Positions 43,640-54,146 of a stretch of 64,000 bases of DNA are shown here, in pieces. The first letter of the stretch is position 1; every line of letters begins with the position of its first letter. This DNA comes from Spirochaetota bacterium (GTDB lineage Bacteria; Spirochaetota; UBA4802; JAFGDQ01): positions 32,001 to 96,000 of the forward strand of contig JAZDKB010000027.1 in the NCBI GenBank assembly GCA_043803405.1, read 5' to 3'. A program made the position numbers and the translations under genes. The notes beneath the pieces were generated by a model, which was given only the letters and a program-made list of their open reading frames with translations, was not told the origin of the DNA and did no database searches.

Positions 43640-43655
43640 GTATATGTTGCAAAGC

Positions 43656-45029
43656 TTAAAGCGTGTTTATGATCCTGATTGCTTCGCCAAGCTGATTGTC
43701 AAACTCAAGATCATACAGGGGGCTTTTCGTGTATTTATATAGTTCTCTTTTTAAAATAAAGTTCGCGCTTTTCTCTGAAACGGAAAGATTTTTTTCCTTA
43801 AGCAGAGCCATGAATTTATTTTTATTAGCCTGGTTATATTCTTTGTTCTCTTTTGCAAACTTTTCGAGTGTTTTGTTTTTATAAAGGATTTTTATTTTAT
43901 CGGAGTCTTCTTTCGATATTTCCTCAGCCTTTACAACATAATCGGGCGTAATGCCTTTGCCGTGTATCGATATCCCGGATGGTGTATAATATTTTGCTAT
44001 TGTTAGTGTAACCCCTACATTCTCATCAAGATTAAACAGCTTCTGAACAGAGCCTTTGCCGAAAGTCTTTGTGCCAAGCAGTTTACCGCGTTTATTGTCC
44101 CTGATTGCCCCGGAAAATATTTCGGATGCAGAGGCGCTGCCGTTATTAACCAGCACAATCACCTTTCCTTTATACAGCGACTCCGTCTCGGACCTGAATT
44201 CGGAAACATTTGCCGTGCCCTCTCTCCCCCTTGTAGAAACGACCAGCTGATCCTTCTCAAGAAAATAGCCGCTTATCTTTATAGCTTTATCCAGCAACCC
44301 GCCCGGATTCCACCTGAGATCCACAACAACTCTTTCGATTTTATTTTTATTAAAAAATTTCAGAGCCTCTTCGACATCCCTTGAGGTTTCGGCGCTGAAA
44401 ACCTTAATTTTCAAATATCCTATCTTATCATTTTCCTTAAATATGCCATAAGAAACAGTGTCAATTTTAATAGGCACTCTTTCAATTACGAAGTCCAGCG
44501 GCTCGTCAAAATCAGCGCGCTTTATCGTAAGCTTTACTTTTGTATGCGGCATGCCCTTTATAAGTTTAATGATCTCGGAAAGTTCTTTGTCCTTGGTTGC
44601 TACATCGTCAACTTTAATTATTACATCCTCCGAATGAACGCCTGCTTTCATTGCCGGGGTGTCCTCTATCGGGGATATTACAACAATCTCGCCGTCCCTT
44701 ATTGTCACCTCGATTCCAATGCCTACGAACTGGCCTGTAGTGTCTTCCTTTAATGCGGAATAGCTTTCTTCATCAAGGAACTTGGAGTACGGATCGTTTA
44801 AAGAGCTGATTGCCCCGCGTATTGCCCCGTAAAAAATGTTCTTGTTATCCGGAACATCCACAAAGTTGGTTTTAATGGTCTGGTAAACCTGGTGAAAATA
44901 ATCGAGATACTTGAACGAAGGATCAGTATCGGCTCTTGACTGGCCCGAAATGCATATACCGAAAAATACGCCGAACAGAAATGTAATAATTGCAATGTGC
45001 ATTTTTAATTCTTTTATTCGTTTTAACAT
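43656..45029 (-). CDS. ctpA: S41 carboxyl-terminal processing protease (PDZ)
   Basis: DPYS, GIGIE PDZ, DLRWNPGGLL, SASASEI, TFGKGSVQ. Confidence 0.93.
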   Translation of the reverse strand: MLKRIKELKMHIAIITFLFGVFFGICISGQSRADTDPSFKYLDYFHQVYQTIKTNFVDVPDNKNIFYGAIRGAISSLNDPYSKFLDEESYSALKEDTTGQFVGIGIEVTIRDGEIVVISPIEDTPAMKAGVHSEDVIIKVDDVATKDKELSEIIKLIKGMPHTKVKLTIKRADFDEPLDFVIERVPIKIDTVSYGIFKENDKIGYLKIKVFSAETSRDVEEALKFFNKNKIERVVVDLRWNPGGLLDKAIKISGYFLEKDQLVVSTRGREGTANVSEFRSETESLYKGKVIVLVNNGSASASEIFSGAIRDNKRGKLLGTKTFGKGSVQKLFNLDENVGVTLTIAKYYTPSGISIHGKGITPDYVVKAEEISKEDSDKIKILYKNKTLEKFAKENKEYNQANKNKFMALLKEKNLSVSEKSANFILKRELYKYTKSPLYDLEFDNQLGEAIRIINTL

Positions 45030-45138
45030 ATAACCTCGGTTATGATATAGTTGACGAAAACCTTCTGAAAGATATAAACTCTTTTAAGCTGCAGATGTTT
45101 TGTGCGCGCATAAATACGAATCCACAGACAGGCCGGTT

Positions 45139-45408
45139 TTATTCGGCAAATATTTTATTATATTTATCGCTGTGATTCTTTTTCATGAATGCTTTAAACT
45201 CTTCAGGATTGATTTTATTTGCAGATAAAAGTTCGGTGAGTATTTTCTCTCTCTGGGAAATAGACTGCTTCTCGTCAAAGCTTTCTTCGAATTCCCTGCG
45301 CAGATATTCCTGCCATACAAGCTTAAACTCCTTTTCGGAGATCGGTTTTGCGGAACAGCCGGATAATGCGATTACAGCAGCAGTAAAAAACATTAAAACT
45401 TTTTTCAT
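45139..45408 (-). CDS. Small lipoprotein, unknown function
   Basis: Signal ending LSG-C; SD AAGGA. Confidence 0.82.
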   Translation of the reverse strand: MKKVLMFFTAAVIALSGCSAKPISEKEFKLVWQEYLRREFEESFDEKQSISQREKILTELLSANKINPEEFKAFMKKNHSDKYNKIFAE

Positions 45409-45488
45409 ATTATTCCTTTTATTTATTTTAACTAGAATTAACCTTAAATATATTTATATAATTTATTGTTCTATAGTAGTTAGTTTGG

Positions 45489-45517
45489 ATAATAAGATAA
45501 GGTTCAGTCTGTGTCAA
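45489..45517 (-). promoter_or_regulatory. Putative sigma70 promoter
   Basis: TTGACA-17 bp-TATTAT upstream of lipoprotein-ctpA-tsaD. Confidence 0.6.
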
Positions 45518-45536
45518 TGAATTTTGTTTTTAGGAA

Positions 45537-46148
45537 TTACCTGTAACCATGTTCATTTTTTAAAATTACAGACGCGAAATTTGTTAGAATAAGAGCGGTC
45601 ATTCCCCATATCTCATAACCGTTATATGAATAATAAAAGACTTTTCTGGTCTCTCCGTCAAAATAGTAATCCTCTTCTCTGTAATATTCCTTATTGTAAA
45701 AAAGCGACAAAGGCGCTTCAAAGCACGATTCGATCTCATCTTTGTTCTCCTTATATTCATAAGGATATTTAATTGAACCGATAAAAGTATGCACATGAAA
45801 ATCGCTTATTGAGATCATCTCGTCAAATTCGCCCAGAATTTCGACATCTGCGGGATTGATGCCTGCTTCTTCGAACGTTTCGCGCAGAGCGGTATCGAGA
45901 ATGCTTTTATCGTCCTTTTCCCGCGCCCCGCCCGGAAAAGACACCTGGCCTTTATGCGTTTTCACTTTATGTGTTCTCTGCGTCAGAAAAACATAAGCCT
46001 CGTTATTTTTATTCATTATAAGCATAAGCACAGATGCCGGAGTTGACCCATGGTTTTCGGCCTGATGCTTGCATCTGTTTTCGAGCCTGAATTTAATTTC
46101 TTTTTTAAAAGCAGCATAATCCTGTTCGGAATAAAAACGCAAATCCAT
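45537..46148 (-). CDS. Nudix hydrolase, CoA pyrophosphatase type
   Basis: LTQR...HKGQVSFPGG...TALRETFEEAG; IWGMTA. Confidence 0.92.
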   Translation of the reverse strand: MDLRFYSEQDYAAFKKEIKFRLENRCKHQAENHGSTPASVLMLIMNKNNEAYVFLTQRTHKVKTHKGQVSFPGGAREKDDKSILDTALRETFEEAGINPADVEILGEFDEMISISDFHVHTFIGSIKYPYEYKENKDEIESCFEAPLSLFYNKEYYREEDYYFDGETRKVFYYSYNGYEIWGMTALILTNFASVILKNEHGYR

Positions 46149-46380
46149 TAAAATACTCCAAAATATTGATGGTAATCATTGTTAACTATAACAACAATTG
46201 TCAAGTTGGATTATTAAACTATTTTTCCAGCTTTGCAAATAATTTTTTTATTTTATTTGTTGATTATTATTCAATAGACTTGTTGACATAATTAAGGCAA
46301 TAACATTAAGCATTGCATATTTTTCGACAGGTCTGATAAATTCAGAGATTATTTTTGATTATTATATTCCGGAGATATCG

Positions 46381-46908
46381 ATGTATATTACAGACGACAG
46401 CAGAATGCAGGGGTTAACAAAATATGCAAAGGTGCTGATAATCGCAGCAGGCATAATATTGGGATTTGTTATTTCGAGATTATTTTTTGTTCTTCCTTTT
46501 ACCGCGCAGGATAATTCCATGAATCCTGATATTAAAAAAGGCGATTACGTGCTTATACTGAAGATCGGGTCTTCGAAAGAAGGCGATATTGTTCTGGTTA
46601 AAAGTAAGGTCGAAAAGGGAAGGGTGATCCTGAAAAGACTGATCGCTAAAGGGGAAAAAATAGTGGAATTAAAAGATAAAAAAATATATATAAATGAAAC
46701 CGAGTTTATCCCGAAATGGAAGATATTATCGGATGATGCCCGCATTTTTCCGGAAAGCTTCAGCAACCGGGACAACCTTTTTCCTGTGAAAGTCAATAAA
46801 GGCGAAGTCTTTGTACTAGGAGATAATTTCGATTACAGTTTCGACAGCCGCACTTTCGGAGCAGTTGACGAGCGACTGATAATTGGAAGGGTGATTTATA
46901 AATTCTAA
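46381..46908 (+). CDS. lepB: Signal peptidase I (S26)
   Basis: One TM; NSMNP (Ser), LKRLIA (Lys), FVLGDN..SFDSRTFG. Confidence 0.9.
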   Translation: MYITDDSRMQGLTKYAKVLIIAAGIILGFVISRLFFVLPFTAQDNSMNPDIKKGDYVLILKIGSSKEGDIVLVKSKVEKGRVILKRLIAKGEKIVELKDKKIYINETEFIPKWKILSDDARIFPESFSNRDNLFPVKVNKGEVFVLGDNFDYSFDSRTFGAVDERLIIGRVIYKF

Positions 46909-46910
46909 TC

Positions 46911-48473
46911 TTATTCCCACTCAATAGTGCTTGGCGGCTTAGAGGAAATATCGTATACAACCCGGTTCACGCCTTTCACTTCGTTAATAATTCTGTTGGA
47001 GATCGTCCTTAAAATATCTTCCGGAAGATACGCCCAGTCCGCTGTCATTGCATCTACCGACGTTACGCCCCTTATCGCAATTACGTTTTCGTACGTTCGC
47101 TTGTCGCCCATTACGCCGACTGACCTTACGGGCAGGAACACTGCAAATATCTGCCACAGCTTATCATAAAGCCCGGCTTCCTTTATTTCCCTAACAAGAA
47201 TGTCGTCCGCGTTCTGCAGAATCTCAATGCGCTCTTTTGTAACTTCGCCGATTATCCTTATCGCAAGACCAGGTCCCGGGAAAGGATGCCTGTAAATTAT
47301 TTCGTCGGGCATGCCTAGCTCTTTGCCCAGAACCCTGACCTCGTCTTTAAAAAGTTCTTTTAAAGGCTCAATTACTTTTCCGGACTTTATAAGCTTTAGA
47401 ACTTCCGGCACGCGGTTGTGATGGCTTTTAATTGTATCCGAAGGGCCTTTGGTTGAGACTGACTCTATTACATCCGGGTACAAAGTGCCCTGCGCAAGAA
47501 AATCGAATTTGCCGATTTTCCTGGCTTCGTGCATAAACACTTTTATAAATTCGCGGCCTATTATCTTTCTTTTTTCTTCAGGGTTTTCAATGCCCTTTAG
47601 CTTTCTTAAAAATGTTTCTGAAGCATCAGTATAAATTATTTTCAAATCAAGATTTTCTTTAAATCGCTTTATTACGATGTCGGCTTCGTTTTTTCTGAGC
47701 ACACCGTTGTTCACGAACACAGGGAACAGCCTGTCTCCCACTGCCTTTTTCAGAAGCACTGCCGCAACTGAGGAATCGACTCCTCCCGAAAGTCCCAAAA
47801 GAACGCTGCCATCCCCGACTTCATTTCTTATCAAGTCAATCGACTGCTTAACGAACGACTTCATCGACCAGTTGCCTTTGAATCCGCAAATATCGAACAA
47901 AAAATTTTTCAGTATTTTTTTGCCGTTAACAGTGTGGTACACTTCAGGATGGAACTGCACCCCGTAAATTTTATCTTTTGCATTTTCTATTGCCGCAACT
48001 TCCGCATTTTTTGAACCTGCAATAATTTTAAATCCAGAAGGCAGTGTTTCTACTTTATCGCCATGGCTCATCCACACGGTCTCTTTTGATTTCAGGCCTT
48101 TGAATAATAATGATTTGCCTTTAATATCTATTACAGCCCTGCCGTATTCCTTGCGGTTCGACGCAACAAGCCTGCCGTTAAACGCATCGGCAACAACATA
48201 CAGGCCGTAGCATATTCCAAGAACAGGAACGCCAAGCCTGAATATGTCGGCTGAGACGCGCGGAGCGTCTTTCTCGTAAAGCGACGAAGGCCCTCCTGAA
48301 AGAATTATAGCCCCCGGCCTTTCCTGTTTAAGCTTATCGATGGAATAATTAAACGGAACTATTTCCGCGTATACCTTTAACTCTCTTACCGATCTCGCAA
48401 TAAGCTGTGTGTACTGCGAGCCGAAATCGAGTATGCAGACTTTTTCGTTTGTTTTCAAAGAGGTCTGTGTCAT
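46911..48473 (-). CDS. guaA: GMP synthase (glutamine-hydrolysing)
   Basis: LDFGSQYTQLI, GICYG, QFHPE, SGGVDS, HPFPGPG, KPPSTIEWE. Confidence 0.98.
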   Translation of the reverse strand: MTQTSLKTNEKVCILDFGSQYTQLIARSVRELKVYAEIVPFNYSIDKLKQERPGAIILSGGPSSLYEKDAPRVSADIFRLGVPVLGICYGLYVVADAFNGRLVASNRKEYGRAVIDIKGKSLLFKGLKSKETVWMSHGDKVETLPSGFKIIAGSKNAEVAAIENAKDKIYGVQFHPEVYHTVNGKKILKNFLFDICGFKGNWSMKSFVKQSIDLIRNEVGDGSVLLGLSGGVDSSVAAVLLKKAVGDRLFPVFVNNGVLRKNEADIVIKRFKENLDLKIIYTDASETFLRKLKGIENPEEKRKIIGREFIKVFMHEARKIGKFDFLAQGTLYPDVIESVSTKGPSDTIKSHHNRVPEVLKLIKSGKVIEPLKELFKDEVRVLGKELGMPDEIIYRHPFPGPGLAIRIIGEVTKERIEILQNADDILVREIKEAGLYDKLWQIFAVFLPVRSVGVMGDKRTYENVIAIRGVTSVDAMTADWAYLPEDILRTISNRIINEVKGVNRVVYDISSKPPSTIEWE

Positions 48474-48475
48474 TA

Positions 48476-49000
48476 TTAACCTTTTAAATCATTGATATAT
48501 TTAATGTAGCCTTTTGCTTTTAAGACATCGTTTTTAGCTGCAATTTTTTCCGCTGTCTTTTCCCTGTACTTAACAAGTTTTGCGGAGTAATCTTTGTTCC
48601 CTAGTGCCAGTATGCTTAAGGCAAAGAGCGCCGCATTTGCTCCGCCTGCTTTGCCCGACGGCATCGTTGCTACAGGAATGCCAGCAGGCATCTGCGCAAT
48701 TGAGAGAAGAGAGTCCAGCCCGCCAGCAATTGCAGTCTCTATTGGGACGCCTATAACAGGGAGCGTTGTATGCGAAGCAACCACGCCCGGAAGATGAGCA
48801 GCCCCGCCAGCAGCTGCAATGACTACATTAATGCCGCGATCCTTTGCAGACATTGCCCACTCTTTTGTTTTCTCCGGCGTCCTGTGCGCAGACGATATTA
48901 TAATCTCAAAAGCTGCGCCGAATTCCTCCAGAATGCTGAAGCATTCCGCTATCTTCGGAAGATCGGAATCGCTGCCTAATATTATACCGATTTCGGGCAT
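48476..49000 (-). CDS. purE: N5-CAIR mutase
   Basis: GSDSDLP, SAHRTP, AGGAAHLPG, QMPAGIPVAT. Confidence 0.97.
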   Translation of the reverse strand: MPEIGIILGSDSDLPKIAECFSILEEFGAAFEIIISSAHRTPEKTKEWAMSAKDRGINVVIAAAGGAAHLPGVVASHTTLPVIGVPIETAIAGGLDSLLSIAQMPAGIPVATMPSGKAGGANAALFALSILALGNKDYSAKLVKYREKTAEKIAAKNDVLKAKGYIKYINDLKG

Positions 49001-49297
49001 ACATACCTCGCAGAAAAATTATTATTTAATTTTAATATTATTTAAGCAGAAAGTAATTTGTCGGATATTGGATACAAACTACTTATTTTATTATATAGTT
49101 GTAAAGGATTTTATTGATTTTTAGTAAATGATTAGAGTTTACCATGTTACTATGATTTTTCGGCATTTTACCTGCATTAAGGCAAACGACCCCGGTTTTT
49201 ATATACCTGATCCTCTTCCTGAGGCAATGAATATTGAGTTTTAATGACATTGCTCAGGCTTAGACATACCCTATCTTTGGCAATAATTTTTCAAAAA

Positions 49298-49331
49298 TTT
49301 TTGTTACGATCAACCTCCGTTTTACGCTTAT
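49298..49331 (+). promoter_or_regulatory. Bipartite promoter-like motif, class A copy 1
   Basis: TTTTTGTTACGAT-N11-TTACGCTTAT; same halves and spacing as 58399-58432. Confidence 0.65.
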
Positions 49332-49395
49332 GAACAAATCCTGAATGGCTTTTTGCCTATATCCAGGATTTAAAGCTATAAATGGAGGTTGTTAA

Positions 49396-51711
49396 ATGAA
49401 AACGGTAAAAAATATATTTTTGATAATTATAAGCCTGCTCCTGATATTTTCAGCATGCGGATCGGACAGCTCGGGCGAAGGAAGCAGCGCTTCCACAGAC
49501 ACGGATATAACCACAGTTAACGAAGCGACACCGCAGGGCGTTTCTTTAACATGCGATGTGCCCGATTTTACTTTCTATACTGTCCAAACCTCAAAGGGAG
49601 ATTTTTCCAGGATTAAACCTGCGAGCCAGTCCGTAAAATTATATGGCGGCGGTATTGGCGGATATTCAAAGCCCGAAGTACCAGTGACTGTCTTTTTTCT
49701 AGCTTTCCCGAATAACGCGACAAGCCAGGACGCGAATATCACAGTAAAGCCTGCAGGCGGCCGCATAATAAACAACCTTGCGCTTTACCCTGTGCAGAAG
49801 CCCAAATATGACCTTATTGGAGCAACCGAAGAGCAGTTCGATTATGATGAACAGATATATTCTGCTTCAGTAACAAAGGCCAGCGAGATAAAACTGAGCA
49901 AAGTGAACGGAATAGAAGACGCGAACATCTGGAAGTTAACAGTAAATCTTATGGATTATGATCCTGCGTCGAAGCAGGGGACTCTTTACGATAAAATCGA
50001 CATCGATGTGTCGTTCACAGGGAACACGGATTATTATTCGGTAAAGCGCGTTCCCAGAGACGCGAACAACGGACTCATCCCTGTTGACGATATTGACCAG
50101 TGGCTTGAAGAAGGGAAATCATCTTCTAAAAAGATTAACGTAAAGAACGAAGCAATTCTGCAGGACGAGAATTACCGCGATCCTCGGAACGCAACAGCGA
50201 CATTCGCAGGGGCACGCTTTATAATTGTAACTGAAGGCGCGTTTGTAAGCGCGGGTAACCGGCTGGCTGCTCACAAGGAGTCATTGGGCATATCGACATA
50301 CGTTATTGTAACGGACGCCATTCCGGCTACCGGCGATCTGGACGATTTTGAGCTGCGCGATTATCTTGTTAACTGCTACAACAACTGGGCAGTTCAGCCC
50401 AGATGGGTGCTTCTTATAGGAGACGCTGAATTTATACCGACTCATTCAGATGCAGGCAGCATTAACGGACATGACCTGGTACCGAATTCCGGCGACATGT
50501 ATTACGGTCAGATTCACGGGGACGCAATGGAAATGCCTGTGTTCGGCATAGGCCGCTTTCCTATGGATACTTTAACCGAAGCGAATGTAATTGTAGATAA
50601 AATTATTGCCTACGAGACAAATCCTCCCGCAATACCCATGATCGGAGATTCTTATTATTCAAGAATGACATTCGCGGCCGAGTTCCAGGATGTTGACGAT
50701 GATCATCCTGTGGCCGACGGCCGGGCAGTGCGCAGATTCGCGGAGACTTCGGAACACATAAGGAATTATCTTAATGATTTTCATTTCAACATAGAACGCA
50801 TTTACAAAGCGTCTTCTGCTCATGATCCTCTTTACTGGGCGGATGGAACCGAAATACCGTGGTATTTAAAAAGACCGGTTTTCGACTGGAACGGCAGCAC
50901 ATTTGACATTATTAACGCAGTAAATAACGGTACATCCATACTTTATCACAGGGATCACGGCGCTTATTATGGATGGGGGACTCCAAGCTTTGAATCAAGC
51001 AATCTTTCGAGCATTACTATAACAGATAACCAGTACCCTGCAGTGTACAGCATAAACTGCGCGAGTGGTTATTTTGATAACGAGACACAGGGGCTTTACT
51101 GGACAAGCGCATCAACTGTAACATGGTCAGAGCGATTTATCAGGAATCAGCATGGAGCCATAGGCGTTATATGCGACACAAGATGCAGCGATACCGGAAT
51201 GAATAATTATTTTGCAAAAGGGCTTTTTGACGCTACATGGCCAGAATACCTGTCTTACGGAAGCGGTACGCCAATATGTAAGCTCGGGGATATACTTAAC
51301 CATGCAAAGGGATACGTCGCTTCGTGCGGATTTGAAGATGTTGATACCAGGCAGGAAAACGTTATCTACAATCTGCTAGGAGACCCGACTGTTGAGGTCA
51401 AGTCCCAGCCGCCTATAGTAATCAGCGCCGCCGTATCTTCATGGCTAAGCAGGTCATTGCTGACTATGAATATACCCATACCTGATCCGTCAGATCTCGC
51501 AATGATCAAAAATCCGCTTATTGCTGTCGCGGTTGAGCCCGTGACCGGCACTGTAGTAGGACGCGCAATTCTTAAAAGAGAGTCAATGAGCGCGAGCAAT
51601 ACTATCAGCATTCCTATCAATGAGCAAAAGCTCGGGAATTACAATAACGTGAATGTTTATCTATCTGGTTCGGATGTTAAGAGAATATCCGTTTCTGCTG
51701 AGTTTAATTAA
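49396..51711 (+). CDS. Peptidase C25 (gingipain-like) lipoprotein
   Basis: FSA-C lipobox; propeptide-like N-domain; VLLIGDAEFIP, GIGRFP, catalytic-like RDHG and INCASG, YNLLGDP; SD GGAGG. Confidence 0.88.
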   Translation: MKTVKNIFLIIISLLLIFSACGSDSSGEGSSASTDTDITTVNEATPQGVSLTCDVPDFTFYTVQTSKGDFSRIKPASQSVKLYGGGIGGYSKPEVPVTVFFLAFPNNATSQDANITVKPAGGRIINNLALYPVQKPKYDLIGATEEQFDYDEQIYSASVTKASEIKLSKVNGIEDANIWKLTVNLMDYDPASKQGTLYDKIDIDVSFTGNTDYYSVKRVPRDANNGLIPVDDIDQWLEEGKSSSKKINVKNEAILQDENYRDPRNATATFAGARFIIVTEGAFVSAGNRLAAHKESLGISTYVIVTDAIPATGDLDDFELRDYLVNCYNNWAVQPRWVLLIGDAEFIPTHSDAGSINGHDLVPNSGDMYYGQIHGDAMEMPVFGIGRFPMDTLTEANVIVDKIIAYETNPPAIPMIGDSYYSRMTFAAEFQDVDDDHPVADGRAVRRFAETSEHIRNYLNDFHFNIERIYKASSAHDPLYWADGTEIPWYLKRPVFDWNGSTFDIINAVNNGTSILYHRDHGAYYGWGTPSFESSNLSSITITDNQYPAVYSINCASGYFDNETQGLYWTSASTVTWSERFIRNQHGAIGVICDTRCSDTGMNNYFAKGLFDATWPEYLSYGSGTPICKLGDILNHAKGYVASCGFEDVDTRQENVIYNLLGDPTVEVKSQPPIVISAAVSSWLSRSLLTMNIPIPDPSDLAMIKNPLIAVAVEPVTGTVVGRAILKRESMSASNTISIPINEQKLGNYNNVNVYLSGSDVKRISVSAEFN

Positions 51712-51735
51712 ACTTAACAATTAAAAGAGGGAAAT

Positions 51736-54111
51736 ATGAATATCGGATTATGTATTAAAAAACTGTTAAAACTTATGGCTATGGCTTTTGTTCCTGCGCT
51801 AATTTTTGCAGCATGTGGCGGAGGCAGCGGCGGTAGCGGAGGTGGATCCGGTAGCGTGCCGGTTACCTCTGTTACATTGAATAAATCGGCAATAACTATT
51901 GGAGTTGGTTCTGCAGAGACACTTACGGCGACAATAGTGCCTTCTGAGGCGACAAATCAGAATGTGACGTGGTCAAGCAGTAATGAAACTGCAGCAACAG
52001 TATCACAGGATGGAGCTGTAACTGCAATGGCAATCGGTACTTCGAGAATAACAGTGACTACGGAGGACGGCGGTCATACCGCATTCTGCGATGTGACAGT
52101 ATCTGCGATTATACCGGTTACGGGTATTACGTTAAACAAATCAGCAACAAATATGGCAATTGGTTCTATTGAGACTCTCGTTGCAGCCATAGTTCCCACA
52201 AACGCGACAAATCAGAATGTGACGTGGTCAAGCAGTAGTGAAGCGGTTGCCACAGTATCACCGGAAGGAGTTGTAACTGCGTTGGCAATCGGCACCGCGA
52301 GAATAACAGTGACTACTGAGGATGGCAATCATATGGCCTTCTGTGATGTAACAGTCCAGGCATACAAGTATGTTGCCGCGGGGAGCGCGGGTTTGAACAT
52401 ACTGGATATAAGCAATCCGCTGGAACCTGCTTTGGCAGGTGTCTATAATACGGCAGGTGAAGCCATGGGTGTATGCGTGAACGGGAACTATGCCTATATG
52501 GCTGATAATACTAACGGCCTCGTGATTCTTGATATAAGCAATCCCCTGAGCCCGGCTCTGGCAGGAGGCTATGATACGGATGGCGAGGCTTTGGGTGTAT
52601 ATGTGAGCGGCAGCTATGCTTATGTTGCAGATGGCACGAATGGAATGGTGGTTGTCAACGTAAGCGATCCAGCGAATCCGGCCTTTGCGGGACACTATGA
52701 TATGCCAAGCTCATATACGGCAAAGGGTGTCTGCGTAAGCGGAACTTATGCTTATCTTGCTCAAGATAACGGAGGCCTTGTTAGTATTGATGTAAGCGAT
52801 CCGGCCAATCCCGCATTTGCAGACAGCTATGACACAGGAGGCGGGGCTTTTAATGTAACAGTGAAGGATAACCTTGCTTATACGTCTTGTGGCAATATAG
52901 GGCTTATAATTCTAGATATAAGCAATCCTTTGAACATTGCATATACGGGTACATATGATGCATCAGCAGTAGTTTATAATGTAGCATTGAAGGGAAACCA
53001 TGCCTATATGACGCTTCATACCGGACTGGTGATTGTTGATGTGAGCAATCCGGCGAGTCCCGCGTTTGCTGGCAATTGCGATACGATAAGCTATGCACGC
53101 GGCGTAAGCGTGGCCGGTAACTATGCTTATGTTGCAGATGATGATAACGGGCTGGTTGTCATAGATATAAGCGATGTATCGTCCCCTGTAATTGCAGGCA
53201 GTTATGATATGTGCAGATATTATGCTAAAGATATAACTGTAAGCGGGAGCTATGCTTATGTAGCAAATTATATTAACGGGCTTGCCGTTATTGATATAAG
53301 CAATCCTTCGAGACCTGTGTTTACAGGCCGCTGTGACACAATAGACCAGGCCAGAGGCATAGCCGTAAACGGAAGTTATGCCTATGTAGGTATTAATATT
53401 AATGGACTCGATATTATTGATGTTAGCGATCCTTCGGCACCCGCAGTTGTCGGCAACTACAATACTCTGTATGGCTCAGCTTCCAATGTATGCATAAGCG
53501 GCGATTATGCTTATGTGGCAGATGACAGCAACGGACTGATGATTGTCGATATAAGCGATCCATCGGACCTTACGGGGATAACGTACAGCACGTCCACGCC
53601 ACGTCATATAAATGTGATCGGTGATTATGCTTATGTGGCAAGTTATACTAATGGACTTTTAATCCTAAATGTAAGTAATCCATTGTTGCCGACAGTTGCA
53701 GGCAGCTATAATACTGCAGGCTATGCTATGTGGGCAAGCATTAGCGGCAGCTATGCCTATGTAGCTGATAATTCCAATGGTCTCGTGGTCCTTGATATAA
53801 GCGATCCGGCACATATAGCACTGGTTGGCAGCTATGATACGCCGGGTGCTGCTATGCGAGTAAACGTGATCGGCGATTATGCTTATGTTGCAGATAGTAC
53901 TAATGGGCTTCTGATCCTTGATATAAGCGATTTATCGGACATAACACAGGCAGGCAGTTATAATACAACAGTCCAGATTTCGGGCATAAGCGTTATTGGC
54001 AACTATGCCTACATTGCTGATTACACTAACGGGCTTGTGATTGTTGACGTAAGCGATCCCTCTGCACCTGCGCTTGTATTTGAAGAAGGTAAATACAACG
54101 GTATTCAATAA
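51736..54111 (+). CDS. Lipoprotein with two Big_2 Ig-like domains and 14 LVIVD repeats
   Basis: FAA-C GGGS; two VT.VTLNKS...ATNQNVTWSSS...VTTEDG domains; 14 YAYVA..NGL.I.DIS.P repeats. Confidence 0.9.
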   Translation: MNIGLCIKKLLKLMAMAFVPALIFAACGGGSGGSGGGSGSVPVTSVTLNKSAITIGVGSAETLTATIVPSEATNQNVTWSSSNETAATVSQDGAVTAMAIGTSRITVTTEDGGHTAFCDVTVSAIIPVTGITLNKSATNMAIGSIETLVAAIVPTNATNQNVTWSSSSEAVATVSPEGVVTALAIGTARITVTTEDGNHMAFCDVTVQAYKYVAAGSAGLNILDISNPLEPALAGVYNTAGEAMGVCVNGNYAYMADNTNGLVILDISNPLSPALAGGYDTDGEALGVYVSGSYAYVADGTNGMVVVNVSDPANPAFAGHYDMPSSYTAKGVCVSGTYAYLAQDNGGLVSIDVSDPANPAFADSYDTGGGAFNVTVKDNLAYTSCGNIGLIILDISNPLNIAYTGTYDASAVVYNVALKGNHAYMTLHTGLVIVDVSNPASPAFAGNCDTISYARGVSVAGNYAYVADDDNGLVVIDISDVSSPVIAGSYDMCRYYAKDITVSGSYAYVANYINGLAVIDISNPSRPVFTGRCDTIDQARGIAVNGSYAYVGININGLDIIDVSDPSAPAVVGNYNTLYGSASNVCISGDYAYVADDSNGLMIVDISDPSDLTGITYSTSTPRHINVIGDYAYVASYTNGLLILNVSNPLLPTVAGSYNTAGYAMWASISGSYAYVADNSNGLVVLDISDPAHIALVGSYDTPGAAMRVNVIGDYAYVADSTNGLLILDISDLSDITQAGSYNTTVQISGISVIGNYAYIADYTNGLVIVDVSDPSAPALVFEEGKYNGIQ

Positions 54112-54146
54112 GCATTTCAGAAAATAAATTTATTATGGATAAAACA

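Noticed and set aside
49170..49260. Riboswitch upstream of the array (GGCAAAC plus hairpin CCTGAGGCAATG...CATTGCTCAGG)
   Set aside because: Lies upstream of the putative promoter and matches no aptamer I recognise
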